From Heteronotia binoei (taxonomy: Eukaryota): a stretch of DNA of 64,000 nt. The stretch is taken from positions 3,162,001 through 3,226,000 of the forward strand of contig NC_083233.1 in the NCBI RefSeq assembly GCF_032191835.1, given 5' to 3'. The notes under the pieces were generated by a model. It saw only the letters and a list, made by a program, of their open reading frames with translations. It was not told the DNA's origin and did no database searches. A program made the position numbers and the translations under genes. This document shows, piece after piece, positions 35,048 to 48,587 of the stretch. Position 1 is the first letter of the stretch. Each line of letters begins with the position of its first letter.

Positions 35048-37790
35048 TCATATGACCAGGACCTGGTGAGCCGCAGCACCCGAACTGGCAAAGTTCTTGG
35101 CATAGACTGGATCCCCTGGAAAGAACCCCCTAGTGGCCTCCCTGGTCTGGGGGGAACTGCGGAGGTCTGGGACCCGGTTGGGGTGTAGCCTATCAAGCTG
35201 GGTGGTTAACCTCCTGCTCATGAATAACTTGGCAGGGCTTATGCCCTTAGCTGGGTTAGGATTGATCCTGTTCCCAAACAGGAAGACAGACAGTCGGTGG
35301 TCCCAATCCCCTTGGACTATGCAACCCAGGGCCTCCTTGGTTGTGTGAACCATGCACTCCGCTTGGCCGTTAGTGGCAGGGTGAAAGGGAGCGGACCGAA
35401 TGTGGTGGATGAGGTACCTATTCAGGAATTCCTGGAACTCCCGGGAGGTAAAAGCGGTGCCGTTGTCCATCACTACTGTGTCAGGGATTCTGTGGGTGCA
35501 AAAAACCCTCCATAAGGCTCTATCTGCAGCCGCGGTGTAGGTGGAAGCAACTGGGATGACCTCCAGCCACTTCGTGTAAGCATCCACCAAGATAAAGAAT
35601 ATTTGCCCCTGGTATGGCCCCGCAAAGTCTAAGTGTAGCCGGGACCATGGCACCTGATTGGATTCCCAGGTGGATTTGGCTGGGACTCTTGGCAGGATGG
35701 GCACCTCCTAACCCATTCCTCTATCTCTTCATTCATCCCTGGCCACCATACATAGCTCTGTGCCAGAGCTTTCATATGCACTATCCCTGGGTGTGTCTTG
35801 TGCAAGGCTTTGAGCACTTGCTTCCGGAGTGGGGGAAGGACCACCACTCTGCTACCCCAAAGAATACACCCTTTGTGTAAGGAGAGTTCCTCTCGGTGGG
35901 AAACAAATGGTCTGAATTCAGCATCCAATTTGCCCATGGGCCAACCCCTCCCCACCCAGTCCAAAATGCATGCAAGTTTGCGGTCTCTACCTGTGGACCT
36001 GGCTACCTCAGCTTCGTGGAGGGGCCGCTCTGGTAGAGACTCCAGAAGCATCATGTGGTGGGCCGGGGCCGGATCGGGGTCCATCTCCAGTAGCGGAATG
36101 TGTCTGCGTGGCCCATTGCCTTTCCAGGGCAGTAGAGGAGCTTGTAGGTGTATGAGTTGAGGAACTCATTTCACCGCAGGACCGGCTGCAACAGGATCTG
36201 CGGTGCTTGGCGGTCTGGGGCAAGTGGGCCGAGCAGTGGCTTGTGGTCTGTGGCAATCGTGAAGTGCCTACCAAACAGATAGTCATTGAATTTGTATACG
36301 CCCACCACGATTGCCAATGCCTCCTTATCTATTTGGGTGTAGTTGCACTCAGCCTGGTTCAAGGTCCGAGAGTAATAAGCCATGGGGACCTGTCTCCCAT
36401 CCGGGAGTTGGTGGCCCAGGATGGTGCCCACTCCGTAAGGGGAAGCATCACAGGCTAAAATCACGGGGAGGGACTCGTCAAAATGGTGGAGTACCTCATT
36501 TGGAACCAAGGTGTCCTTGACCGCCTGGAAGGCTGTGGCCAGCTTTCTTCCCCAGACCCATGGGGCGCCCTTGTCTAGGAGTCTGTGTAGGGGTTTGGCC
36601 AGGGCTACTTTGTGGGGCAAGGATGAGTAGTAAAAGTGCAGGAGCCCCAAAAAACTTTGCAGCTCCGCCTTGCAAGAGGGGGCTGGGGCCTGGACTATTG
36701 CCCTGGTCTTGTCAGCCGTTGGGTGAATTCCCACGGCATCCACCACAGACCCCAGGAATTCCACCCTTGGCACCCCAAGCGAGCACCTTGAGACCCACAT
36801 TCTGGAAATGGCGGAGCACCTCTTGAAGGTGGCAGCAGAACTCATCAGCATCAGATGCCGCTATCAGAACGTCATTGAAAAGGGGTTGTACTCCAGGAAT
36901 CCCTTTAATGAGAGAGTCCATTAAGCTTTGGAAAATTCCTGGAGCCACGCTGACCCCAAATTGCAGTCACTGCACCTTGAAAGCACCCCAGTGCATAACT
37001 ATGGTCTGCACCTCAGCCGTTTGCTCATCAACCGGAAGTTGTTGGTATGCTTGGGCCAAATCCAGCTGCCTGAAAATCTTAGAGCCGCCCAGAGAGGCAA
37101 AGACATGGCTGAACATTGGGACGGGGTATGGGTGGTCCCGTAGTGCTTTATTTTTTGTGCATTTGTAGTCTGCACAGATGCGCACGTCCCCCATTCGGCT
37201 TGACTGGGGTGACTATGGGGGTTTCCCAAGTGGCGTGGGAGATGAGCTCTAGCACCCCCTGGGCCACGAGGTGGTCCAGTTCGGCTTCAATTTCTGTCTT
37301 AAGCGCAAACAGAACTCACCGAGTCTTCAGCCTTAAGGGCTTAACCATGGGGTCCAGCTGCAGTGCGATAGGTGGCCCCTTGTAGGTTCCCAGAGCCCCA
37401 TCAAATACTTCTGGGAACTCCCGGCACACTTGGTCAAAATTGTGGGCCTGCATGTGGTCTGCCACAATTTTGATGCCCAGGGGCTTAAACCAAGTCAATC
37501 CCAAAAGGGTGGTGAGCCAGCACTTCACCACAAGTATGTTCAAGGCCCCTTTACAATTTTTGAACTCCACCCTAACTCTGGCCCACCCCATGATCTGCAC
37601 TGTATTCTTTTGAAAGTCCTGCAATATGAACTCCGAGGCCGCAGGGCCGGCCAGTTGTGGGGGCAGAGTTTACTGAGGGTGTCCTCCGAAATTATGGAGA
37701 TAGAGGATCCCATGTCTAATTCCATCAGGCAGGGACCCCCCTCGATCAAGACCTGCACTTTGAGCTTGTCGGGGGTGTCCAGGGCAAGTT
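35048..37790 (-). pseudogene. pol: Gypsy pol (PR, RT, RNase H, IN) with stops and frameshifts
   Basis: PR MELDMGSSISII; RT VRICADYK, LDLAQAYQQ, APGIFQ, LFNDVLI; RH LACDASPYGVG, DKEALAIV, TDHKPL; IN HPGI...C..CQ, HLDFAGP, DNGTAF, HPATNGQAE. Confidence 0.92.
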
Positions 37791-37859
37791 CATAATCTGG
37801 ATGCTGTTTGATGCCATCGTGTGTGCATCTGTCAAGTTGTGGTGTGCGGACTAGGGCCT

Positions 37860-38590
37860 CTTGTTGTTTCTGGCACTGCAAGCTCAGGCGATGTGGCCCA
37901 CTTTTCCGCAGCTTCTGCAGTCTGCGTTGCGGTAGGGGCAGTCTCGGCACACTTGGTGCTTGCCCATGGTCTGTTTGGTGTTTTCAGCCCTCTGCGTAGC
38001 TGGCGGAGAAGCTGGTGTGCCCCTTCCTCGTCGAAGCCATCTGAGATGGCAGCCTAGTTCGCGGAAGGGCTGGTGTGCTTCTGTTCGAAGGCAGTTGCTT
38101 GTCAAAGCACTTTCGCGAGGTTGATGTCTTTGTCCTCGTATGCTAGCAACTTTCGGCACATTTTCTCCTCCCTGATGCCAACCGTGAAGCGGTCCAGGAG
38201 GATCTCTTCCAGGTTCCCTGTGAAATCTCATCTCAGGGCTAATCCACAGAGCTCTGCAAGATACTCGGCGGCGGACTCAGCTTGCCCCTGCTGTCTCGTG
38301 TAGAACCCATGCCTGCGTGTGAGACAGGATGGCTGGGGCTCCATGTGCTTTGTCACCGCCTTGACCAGCTGGTCGTAGGTGGCCCTTGTGAGGGTGGTTG
38401 GCGTGATGAGTCACTTCATCAGCTGGATGGTCTCCACCCCGCACAAACTCAGGAGAAGCGCCTTCTTCTCTGCTGCTGCCTCCATTTTGTGCAGCTCTAT
38501 GTAGTAGTTGATCTGGTCTACCCATGATTCCCATAAGTCGGGCCGGGTGACGTCAAATGCCGGTAGGGTTTGTCCAGGAGCAGTAGCCAT
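37860..38590 (-). pseudogene. gag: Gypsy gag with in-frame stops
   Basis: MATAPGQTLPAFDVTRPDLWESW...AESAAEYLAEL...LLDRFTVGI...CRSCGKVGHIA zinc knuckle. Confidence 0.85.
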
Positions 38591-38656
38591 GGCCTCAGCC
38601 GCGGAAGCATTAGAGCTCGGAGCGCAGGACTAGTGGGCTGCTGAAGGCTCACCGGT

Positions 38657-38674
38657 ATCCCATCCTCGTCGCCA
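38657..38674 (-). promoter_or_regulatory. Primer binding site complementary to the tRNA-Ser(GCU) 3' end
   Basis: TGGCGACGAGGATGGGAT, 1 nt after the 5' LTR, matches the recalled vertebrate tRNA-Ser(GCU) end ATCCCATCCTCGTCG-CCA. Confidence 0.85.
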
Positions 38675-41593
38675 GTGTAATGTACTGAGGTCGGAGACGT
38701 TCAGATGGCAACAGGCTTTATTAGCGAGTACATCACAAAGACAACATGGCGGGGCCGGGTCTCCCATTATATACATTTCCCGGAACAACCTTCTTCCTGG
38801 TCAGGTCCAGTTAAACTTCCCGCCACAGATCACCATAGGTGGGCTGCATTCGTCCCTTCCAGGCACCGCCCACAGGAGTGCTGTGCTGTACTTTCCGGGA
38901 TGAACGCCAGACACAACACCACCATTTCCTGATAGCCCCATCTGCACTCTGAAATGCTGGATGCTTGAACTGAGACCTACAGCAATCCCTCTATCTGTCT
39001 GGTGGAGGGTAGTTTTTTATCTGCCTTCCCCTAAAAAATGTGGGGAGTGAATCACTCCATTTCCTAGCAGTTGATCCTGGTAAATTTTTGCTAGCAAGTA
39101 TTAGTCAAATGGATGTTTGTCATGAAGGAGAGAACAGTGAGGACGTCAAGAGGTTAATTGTGTCTCCATCACGAAGGGAAAAACAGCTTTCTGGAGAGGG
39201 CAAAAAGCAGACCGCTTATGAAAGTGCTTCAGTCCTTGCACAACAGACAGAGCCATCCCATGCCCTCCTGCGCTTCTGGAGAGCCTGCTTTGCTTTCAAA
39301 AGGGTTTATTACACAGGAATAAAGCTTTGCCTCGGGCTGAATAAGCAAATGAGGCCTTGGCCTGGAAGTCATTATTTTTAATTATTTTTAATCTGTCCCC
39401 ATTTTTAATAACATCTCATGGACATCCATTTGGCTCTGTTACTTGGACTGCGGAGGAAACCAAAGCAGCTCCAATTGTCAGCCTCTCACTCCCCAGTAGG
39501 CTCCCTTGTCTTCTAAGGCCTCTTGGCTCGTGTGCTCACTGGGCACTAGTTTGCATGCCATGAAGCACAGCCAGATCAAATGCTTGTAGAATGGGAACCC
39601 TGGAAAATCCAAGAGGAGACTGTTGCCAGGCTAAGCCCCACAGCTACTTCTGCCCAAACAATATTAGAAAGGGCATGGGAGAAATTAAACTGCTAAATCC
39701 CACTGCCTGGAGGAAGCTTTGTGAGTGATTCTTCCCCCCCTCCCTTGTGATTATGAATCCCACATCTGTGACCTGACTGGAAAGAGTCCCTAATCAAATC
39801 TCGGCAAAGCTTGCTGGGCTCCGTTGTGCAGTGCATGATCAGCCTGTGGATAATTTACTTTCCTTAACACGGAGGACTGCAAAGATAGCAACCAGTCCCA
39901 GTTCCAGTGCAAAAAGAGCACCTGTATGCAAATAAGGATTTAGGCATAAATTAATTATACCTTTGGACTGGATTTTCAAGGCAGCAGTTAAGTAATGAGG
40001 TACGGATAGGGTAATAGCCTTTTTGCCAGATAGCAAATATAATAAAAGGTGATCATGTGAACACACTGGAAAGTGTGAAATCAAAGGAGAAATAGAAGAC
40101 GTCATGGAAGAATATAGCTCACAATTTTTTTTTTATTTTTTTTTTTTTAAATGGGTGTTTCTGTCTCTGCATTTTCACATGGGCAGACTCCCTGATAAAT
40201 CGGTCTATCTGAGAATCTGTCAAATAGTTCATTAAGAGGTAAGGCATTAAGTCTGGCCAAGAAGAAAAGTCTTTGAAGGGTTGGAAAAGTGAAGACTCAA
40301 GTAATCTGGAAGCAGGGGAAAGAGGAGGTGCTCAGGCCCCACAAAGAGGGGGCACATTTCCTTTTGACATCACTCATAAGTGATGCAAACATGCTCAGCA
40401 TTCCGGCAGAATATTGTCATGAATGTGGAACTCCTGGGGCATTGTGCAGGAAGGCACACCCCTCTCCTTTGATGCATGTTCACATACACATGGACATGCA
40501 CATATCAACATTCTGTAGAAATATAGATTATAAACACAACAACAGTTCAGGCTAGGATACACCATAATGTCATTTCTATCTCATCTGACACCAAAGCAGA
40601 AATGCTGGGATTCTCTCATTAAATTGCTGATTGGGACCTGAAAATTCCATGTGTGAATCCATTTCTGGTGGGGGTTTATGCATAATTCTGAAGATACATT
40701 TCTAAATGAGCTGAGTTCAGTTCCAGCAATTTTGCTTGGGATTTTATAGTGCTGACAAATTATTAGAGGCTGAGGACAGTGCAATGTGTGCAAGGAGCTC
40801 CCCTGTCCCCAGAGATTGTCCTGTTACTTTGGATGGAGGAAGACAATCTGTGTGTGGTTGTTAAGGAGCACCTCATGCACCCAGCAGCTCTCTGTGTGCT
40901 TCCGTCCCATAGCCAGAGATGTTCTGGTGAGGCTGCCTCACACTGCACTGGGAGTAGGCTTGCCAGAGCCTCAGACAGTCCAATATTTTCACTTAGTGTC
41001 CAGGGGAAAAACTGGGGTGAAACATGTTAGCCTCTTAAATGTCCAATGTTCTTTCCAGTTGTTTTCCTGAATACTTGGAGAGTCCAGGAACCAAGTAGCA
41101 GCCACTGTATCTGCTTTTAAAAAAGCAAATAGCTGTCCAGCAACTTTATCCTCAACATCCCAAACCCCAGGATTGATTGGATGGCACCTAGTGATCGGAT
41201 GCTGCACCTTCATGCAGGACAGGCCTAGGGGGCTCTGTGTGCAGTCCCCAGTACAGTTCTGAAAAAATGGACTATTCATCATTAAAAACATCAATACAAA
41301 CGAAGAAATTATTGATGTGCCTATTGTAAAATATAGTTTAACTAGGAATAAGGCCCATTGTGAAGAAAAAGACAACAGGCTCTAGAAAGGGGCTCTGGGT
41401 GAGTGTCCCCCAACCCTTAGAGTCTTCCCACTGGCCAACTTCCCACCCCCACCCACCTCTTCCTCTCAACTACCCCTGCGCCCTTGGCATGCCACTACCC
41501 CCCCCCCCATGATATTCACTCACCCACACCCTTGCTGTCTTCCCACTCATCCAACAGCTGAAACAGATGCTGGCTTCCCTCCCTGCATATGCC

Positions 41594-41595
<2 letters not shown>

Positions 41596-41624
<29 letters not shown>
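41596..41624. repeat. (TG)n microsatellite
   Basis: Directly visible. Confidence 0.95.
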
Positions 41625-41628
<4 letters not shown>

Positions 41629-41998
41629 GCGTCTGTGGTGGCTTAAAGCCCCAAAAGAGGCCCAGAATGGAGATAAGGAAGAATAATTATGGGGAATGGG
41701 GGGCATGACAACACTCACACAGACGCCGAAGCTCAGCATTCCTTTTGTTTGTGGTGCATTTTTGCCACCTTTTCCTGTTATGTTTAGTCTTGTGGCATTT
41801 AGCATCAGTGAGTTTGCAGCATGATCTAGGGTGTTTTGCCTGGCTTGGTTGTGTAATGTTATACCACAGAGTATGCACTTCGAGGTGGCTGTTTTCTGTA
41901 GTAGAATTGATCTGACTTCAGCTTTACATCTCCTCCTCCTTCCCTGCAGCCTCTACCTAGGAAAACTACAGTCTTTCTCCACAATGTGGACCAGTGCA

Positions 41999-44900
41999 CA
42001 CTGCGCTTCACCTAAAAAATTCCTCTGCGCAGGCCTGAAGGGCATATCCACATACACAACCCACAACGCATCAAGTCCTGCAGCGATGGGCAAGGGGCGA
42101 AACGGCAGGTGGAAGGTGCCACTGGAAGCCGCAGTCCCGATCCTGCATGTAGGCGGTTCAGGGTATTGGTCGCCTGATGCTAACCCGGAGACGAAAGCAT
42201 TTTTCGGCAGCACCCTGAACGACCAAGCAGCCTTATATAGGGACAGCACTGCTTGCTCCACACGGAGAAGGGCCTAGAAAAGGTGGCCTAAACAAAGCTC
42301 GTCTCCTCCCCCCCAGTTGGCTAGCCGCAGTCAACGGGCATCCTTACTTACGGTCAAAAAATAACAACAAAGAAAAGGCATGCACCTGCCTCACAAAGTG
42401 TGCAAAGACTAAAGCTTGCGTGTTGGAACATCAGAACCATGCTTGACACAGTAGACAGTGGTCGCCCTGAACGACGCTCTGCTCTAGTTGCCCACGAACT
42501 TCTCAGGTTGAATATCGACATAGCAGCTCTCAGTGAGGTCCGTTTCCCTGAGGAAGGTAGTCTTCAAGAACACAGTGCTGGCTATACCCTCTACTGGTCA
42601 GGTAAGTCAAAGGCTGAGAGCCGCCTTTCTGGCGTTGGCTTCATGGTCAGGAACTCCATTGCCTCCAAACTTGAAAACCTGCCAACAGGTCACTCAGATC
42701 GCATCATGTCCATGCGCCTCCCACTTCAAAACAAGCAGCATGCAACACTCTTCAGTGTGTATGCCCCAACCCTTCAAGCAGATCCTGCGGAAAAGAACAA
42801 GTTCTATGCTGATCTACACAACCTCGTACGGAAGACCCCTACAGAGGACAAGGTGATCATCCTTGGCGACTTCAATGCCAGAGTAGGTAAAGACTCGGAA
42901 GCCTGGAAAGGAGTACTTGGCAAACACGGCATTGGCAACTGCAATGACAACGGGCGCCTCCTGCTAGAATTCTGCATGGAGCACCAGCTCACCATCACCA
43001 ACACTATCTTCCAGCAGAAGAACAGTCTGAAGACAACCTGGATGCACCCACGGTCCAAGCACTGGCACCTTATCGACTACATTCTGGTGCGCCAGAGAGA
43101 CCTTCGAGATGTCTTACACACCCGAGTAATGCCCAGTGCAGAATGTCATACGGATCATCATCTTGTACGCTGCAATCTCCGTCTTCACTTTAAACCCACA
43201 CCCAGGAGAGGAGGTATCCCTCGGAGGAAGTTTCAGGTTGGCAGTCTCCAGTCAGCCGAAGTTAAAGCTGCCTCCCAGGCAAAACTCCAGTCAAGAATTG
43301 AGGACCCCAGTTGCCCCACAGACCCTTCTCCAGAAGCACTCTGGGAACACCTAAAAACTACTGTCTTGCAGATCTCTGAAGAAGTCCTCGGGTTCTCCAC
43401 AAGGAAGAACAAGGACTGGTTTGATGAGAACAATCAAGAGATCCAAGATTTACTGGCGAAAACGAGATCTGCCTACCAAGCACATCTTGCTCAGCCCTCC
43501 TGTCCTGGGAAAAAAGCAACCTTTCGCGCTGCATGTAGCAACCTCCAGCTCAAGCTTTGAGACATTCAGAATGAGTGGTGGACCAAGCTTGCAGAGAGAA
43601 CCCAGCTGTGTGCAGACACTGGTGATTTAAGAGGGTTCTACGAAGCCCTGAAGGCAGTATATGGTCCATCATATCAGGCTCAGAGTCCCTTGTGTAGTGC
43701 AGACGGCCAAGTGCTCCTCACAGACAAGGCATCCATACTGAACCGGTGGTCGGAGTTTTTTCAGGTTCTCTTCAGTGCCAACCGCGTAGTTCAAGATTCA
43801 GCAATCCACCTCACCCCACTTCAACCAGTGAAAACAGAGTTGGATGAGATCCCCACCCTAGAAGAGACTGTTAAAGCCATCAAGCAACTGAAAAGTGGCA
43901 AGGCAGCAGGAGTTGATGGAATTCCACCAGAGATCTGGAAGCATGGGGGCACATAGCTCACTTCACAAAGTACTTGTCACCTGCTGGGAACAAGGCAAAT
44001 TACCACAGGACTTTCGCGATGCAATCATCATCACCCTATACAAGAACAAAGGGGAAAAGTCAGACTGCTCCAACTACCGGGGGATAACCCTGCTCTCCAT
44101 CGCAGGCAAAATCCTTGCCAGAATACTCCTGAACAGACTGGTGCCCACCATTGCAGAAGAACTCCTCCCAGAGAGCCAGTGCGGCTTCAGAGCTAACAGG
44201 AGTACCATCGACATGGTATTTGTTCTCAGGCAGCTCCAAGAGAAATGCAGGGAACAGAACAAGGCTCTGTATGTGACTTTTGTCGACCTTACCAAAGCTT
44301 TCGATACCGTTAACAGGAAAGGCCTGTGGCAAATCTTGGAACATTTAGGATGTCCCCCAAGGGTCCTCAGCATGATCATCCAGCTACACGAAGACCAGCG
44401 AGGCCAAGTCAGACACTGCAACGACCTCTCAGAGCCCTTCCCAATAGGCACAGGTGTAAAGCAAGGCTGCGTTCTCGCGCCAACTCTCTTTACGATCTTC
44501 TTTAGCATGATGCTTCAAAGAGCCGCAGTAGATCTAGATGATGACGATGGTGTCTACATCCGCTATCGCACCGATGGCAGCCTGTTCAACCTGAGGCGAC
44601 TAAAGGCCCACTCCAAGACAATGGAAAAACTCATCCGAGAGCTACTGTTTGCTGATGATGCTGCACTCGTCTCCCACTCGGTATCAGCTCTGCAGCATAT
44701 GACATCCTGCTTTGCAGAGGTTGCCAAGCTATTCGGCCTAGAAGTTAGTCTGAAGAAGACAGAAGTTCTCCACCAGCCTGCACCCCAGGAAGATTATCAC
44801 CCTCCCTGCATCACTGTGGGTGAATCAGTTCTGAAGACAGTCCAGCAGTTCAGCTACCTGGGGTGCATCATCTCCTCAGATGCCAAGATCGACAAGGAGA

Positions 44901-45655
44901 TTGACAACAGGCTGGCAAAAGCAAACCGTGCATTTGGCCGACTGCACAAAAGAGTGTGGAGCAACAAGCATCTGAAAAAAGGCACAAAGATTAATGTTTA
45001 CAAAGCGGTTGTGATGACAACCCTCATCTACGGCTCCAAATCGTGGGTTTTATACCGTCATCACCTGCGACTCCTCGAGCGCTTTCATCAGCGCTGCCTT
45101 CGCACCATCCTCAACATCCACTGGAGTGACTTTGTGACCAACACTGAAGTCCTCAAGCGGGCGGAGGTTACCAGCATCGAGGCACTGCTGCTGAAGACGC
45201 AGCTGCGCTGGGCAGGGCATATTTGTAGGATGGAAAACCACCGCCTTCCCAAGATTGCCCTGTATGGCGAACTCTCCACCGGCCATCGAATTAGAGGGGC
45301 ACCAAAGAAGAGGTACAAGGACTCCTTGAAGAAATCCCTTGGCACCTGTCGCATCAACCATCACCAGTGGTCTGACCTAGCCTCAGATCGCAATGCATGG
45401 AGGCACACCATCCACCAGGCTGTCTCTTCCTTTGAGAACGCACGCATAGCTGGTCTTGAGGACAAAAGGAGATTGAGGAAGAATCGCACTGCTACAGCAC
45501 CAACCCTAAATCAGACTTTTCCCTGCAGCCACTGTGGCCGGACCTGCCTGTCCCGCATTGGTCTTGTCAGCCACCAGCGAGCCTGCAGCAGACGTGGACT
45601 ATTGCACCCTTCTTAAATCTTCATTCGCGAAGCCAAGCCAAGAGAGAGAGAGAGA
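41999..45655 (+). mobile_element. Near full-length RTE-clade LINE (non-BovB)
   Basis: 11-bp TSD GGACCAGTGCA (41988-41998 and 45656-45666), (AG)n tail, single APE-RT-zinc-finger ORF. Confidence 0.92.
42400..45616 (+). pseudogene. RTE ORF (AP endonuclease, RT, C2H2 finger) with two lesions
   Basis: LACWNIRT, LSEVR, LGDFNARVG, IDYI; VDLTKAFD, GVKQGCVLAP, LFADD; CSHCGRTCLSRIGLVSHQRAC. In-frame TGA at 43558-43560 and a frameshift near 43950. Confidence 0.92.
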
Positions 45656-45689
45656 GGACCAGTGCAGGAGGGAAGCATCCTCAGCAAGG

Positions 45690-47420
45690 TAAATTGACAG
45701 AATCCACCCTGCAAAGCAGCCATTTTTTTTCCAGGGGAAGTGATTTCTGCCATCTGGAGCAGTTGTAATTCTGAGTGATCTCCAGCTCTCACCTGGAGAT
45801 TGGCAGCAATGGTTCTCCAGGAGGAAATAGCTTGTTTGGAGGATGAACAATATGGCATTGTACCTGTCTGAGGCCTCACCCTCCTCAAACCCCACCCTCT
45901 CCAGGCTCCACCTCTCAAATCTCCAGGAATTTCCCAACCTGGAGTTGGCAACCCTATCTCCTTCTCAGCCAGCCAGCCAGCCATCTACCTTGATCTGCCC
46001 TTCTGATCTTTCCATCTCCTCCCCCCTCCCTGGAGGCTTTACCATGGAAAAGGACAGTCTTTCTCCCCAATGGGGGAGGACCAAAGCAGCTGACGTCAGT
46101 CTCCTCTCCCCCTTTTGAGCTGTACAACAACCCTGTGAGGTAGCTAAGGCTGAAAATCTGTGAATGGTCCAAAATCAGCCAGTTAGCTTCCACAGCAAGA
46201 AGCTGGGTCACTGCTCTGAAGCACTAATTCCTATGCAACACTGTCTGTCATTCAGGGGCTGCTGCTGAGCAGTAGCAAGCAGCCAGGTCTAGGGTAGCCA
46301 ACCTCCAGATGGACTCTGAAGATTTCCTGGGATCACAACTGAACTCCAGACAATTCTCATCTGTCCTGGGATGAGGCTGAGGGAAGGAGGGAGAGAAAGG
46401 AAAGAGGCAGCAGCCATGGCTTCTGAGGAAATGCTCCCGGTGGGGTCAGGCCTTGCTGGCTTGTCACATTACAATGGCGGAGGCAGCTCTTTAGCTATTT
46501 TGGAAGCCAACTCCAAACTGGGAAATCCATGGGGGTTTGGGTGGGAAAGGGTTTTTGTGAGGGAAGGTGCAGTGACATAGACCCCATCCTCCAGAGCAGC
46601 CATACTCAAGAGAACTGATCTATGTAGTCTGGAGGTCAGTTGTAATTTCAGATCCGCAGACCTCACCTTGAGGTTGGTAGCTCTAAAGCCATTGCACCCC
46701 TTCCCCCTCCCTCTGCAGCTCCCAGACCACATGATCGTCAGTCACGTCATGCAAATCCCACAAGCCAAGCGACAGAAGGTGGTGGGCATCTGGCTTTCAG
46801 CAGTCAGGCATTCTATTTACAAAAAATCGGCAGTTTTCTACACAAAAGAAAAGAGGCCATTTCCTCAAATGTAGGTAGGGTTTAGGGTTGCCAGCCCACA
46901 GGTCCCAGTGGGAGATCCCATAGTTTGGGGGGCTTCTCCCTACAGCAGACCTCTTGGCCAATGGGGGAAACATCTCCCTTAAACAGGGATGTTGCTGTGT
47001 GATGCCCCAATGCAATGATGTCACCTGGAAGTGATGTCATCATGTTGGGCATGTCACACAGGGGATCCTCTGATTGTACCAATTTAACCATAGAGTTTGC
47101 CCCCAACACAGAACATTCCCCATGCAATGTCCCCGCTGACCACGGAACGCCACCCAGATCAGCAACCCTAGGAGGTCTGCCACTATGCCCAGTCTGGCCA
47201 CCAGTCAAGGATGGGGTGGTAGGGGTGCCAGATCCAGGCTGGGGGCTGGGGAGCACAGCAACCTCAGTGGAGCACAAAGCCATGCAGTCCAGCCTCCAAA
47301 GCAGCCATTTTCTCCAAGGGAGCTGGTCTCTGTAGTCTGGACCGGCATCCCTCAAGGTGAGGTCTGTGGCTTGGTAGCTGAGCCAGCACCATTCTGCCCT
47401 GACAGTCATGGATTGGGATG
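45690..47420. mobile_element. Cluster of TAGGGTTGCC-family hAT MITE copies and fragments, plus a partial SINE (~46095-46215)
   Basis: Repeated TAGGGT(T/A)GCC and GGCAACCCTA termini (e.g. 45956, 46290, 46883, 47169) and shared cores. Confidence 0.65.
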
Positions 47421-47609
47421 ATTCGGGCCTGCGGGAGTGCAGAAGGGCTGTGGCGGGGCTCCCTCCAGGGAATGGTTCTGGCATTGCGGAGTTAAGATTC
47501 CTCCTGGCAAAAATAAACATGCAGTTTTGTCTTCACAACTTATATCATTGCTGCACATAAACGTTTTGTTATTATTATTAACCACAGCTGTCAGCCATCG
47601 CTCCCATTC

Positions 47610-47935
47610 AAAGATAAGAACATAAGAGAAGCCATGTTGGATTAGGCCAATGGCCCATCCAGTCCAACACTCTGTGTCACACAGTGGCCAAAAAATTTAT
47701 ATATATATACACACTGTGGCTAATAGCCACTGATGGATCTCTGCTCCATATTTTTATCTAACCCTCTCCTGAAGCTGGCTATGCTTGTGGCCGCCACCAC
47801 CTCCTGTGGCAGCGAATTCCACATGTTAATCACCCTTTGGGTGAAGAAGTAACTCCTTTTATCCGTTTTAACCCGACTGCTCAGCAATTTCATTGAATGC
47901 TCACAAGTTCTTGTATTGTGAGAAAGGGAGAGAAG
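47610..47935 (-). mobile_element. CR1 3' fragment
   Basis: Minus ORF VKTDKRSYFFTQRVINMWNSLPQEVVAA; AAGAACATAAG tail. Confidence 0.88.
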
Positions 47936-48587
47936 TACTTCATTGTGTGGCACCTTGTGGTCTTGGCCATGAAACAGCTCAGGCAGTTTTGACACTCTGA
48001 CTTGTTTTGGGGTAGTCTCACATTTGCTCACTGTTGGGATTGCTGGTCTGCTAGAGCCAAGTTGCAGGCTTGCTCAGGTGTGAGAAATTACAGATATTTG
48101 TGGCATCTCCTGCAGCTCATTGAGCAGATGTCCCAGGACAAAGCCCTTGTATGTGGAATGGGAGTAACAGCTTGAAAACTGTACAGGCTTTTGATGTTCC
48201 CAAGGATAATGTTAAGCTTTGAACAGGAACAGGCTATAAAATGAATGACCTGCATTCTGGAGCAGGAAGGTCAAAGAAGAAACGGCAGGGATGGATGGTT
48301 GGATCAGCTGCCGGTTTATGTGCCGTGGCTGTTGCTGTTGTGTCTTCCTGGGTACCAGAAAGCCAGGGTGACCCTTCATGTCAGGCAAACAGAACTCTTC
48401 AGGGAGGATTTTACTACTTAGCCCAGTTGCATCAGCATTCAGAGCTTTCTGCCTCACCAGGCAGGAAAGCAAACATTCACAGAGGGGGGCAAGGGCAGTG
48501 GAGGGCAAACCGAATAGACGTAGCACACAAAAGGCCATCTGCACTGCGGCTACTGATGATGCAAACAGATCAGCTGCAAGGAACTCT

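Larger units (their letters stand above)
34434..38918 (-). mobile_element. Full-length degenerate Ty3/Gypsy retrotransposon (Mag-like)
   Basis: LTRs at 34434-34686 and 38676-38918; PBS 38657-38674; PPT GGGGGGGAGGAG ~34687-34698; gag-PR-RT-RH-IN order; 5-bp flanks ACACC/CCACC. Confidence 0.95.

Noticed and set aside
39040-41240. Protein-like fragments (SQMDVCHEGENSEDVKR..., SGQEEKSLKGWKSEDSS...)
   Set aside because: No recognisable homology and no consistent splice-site pairs.
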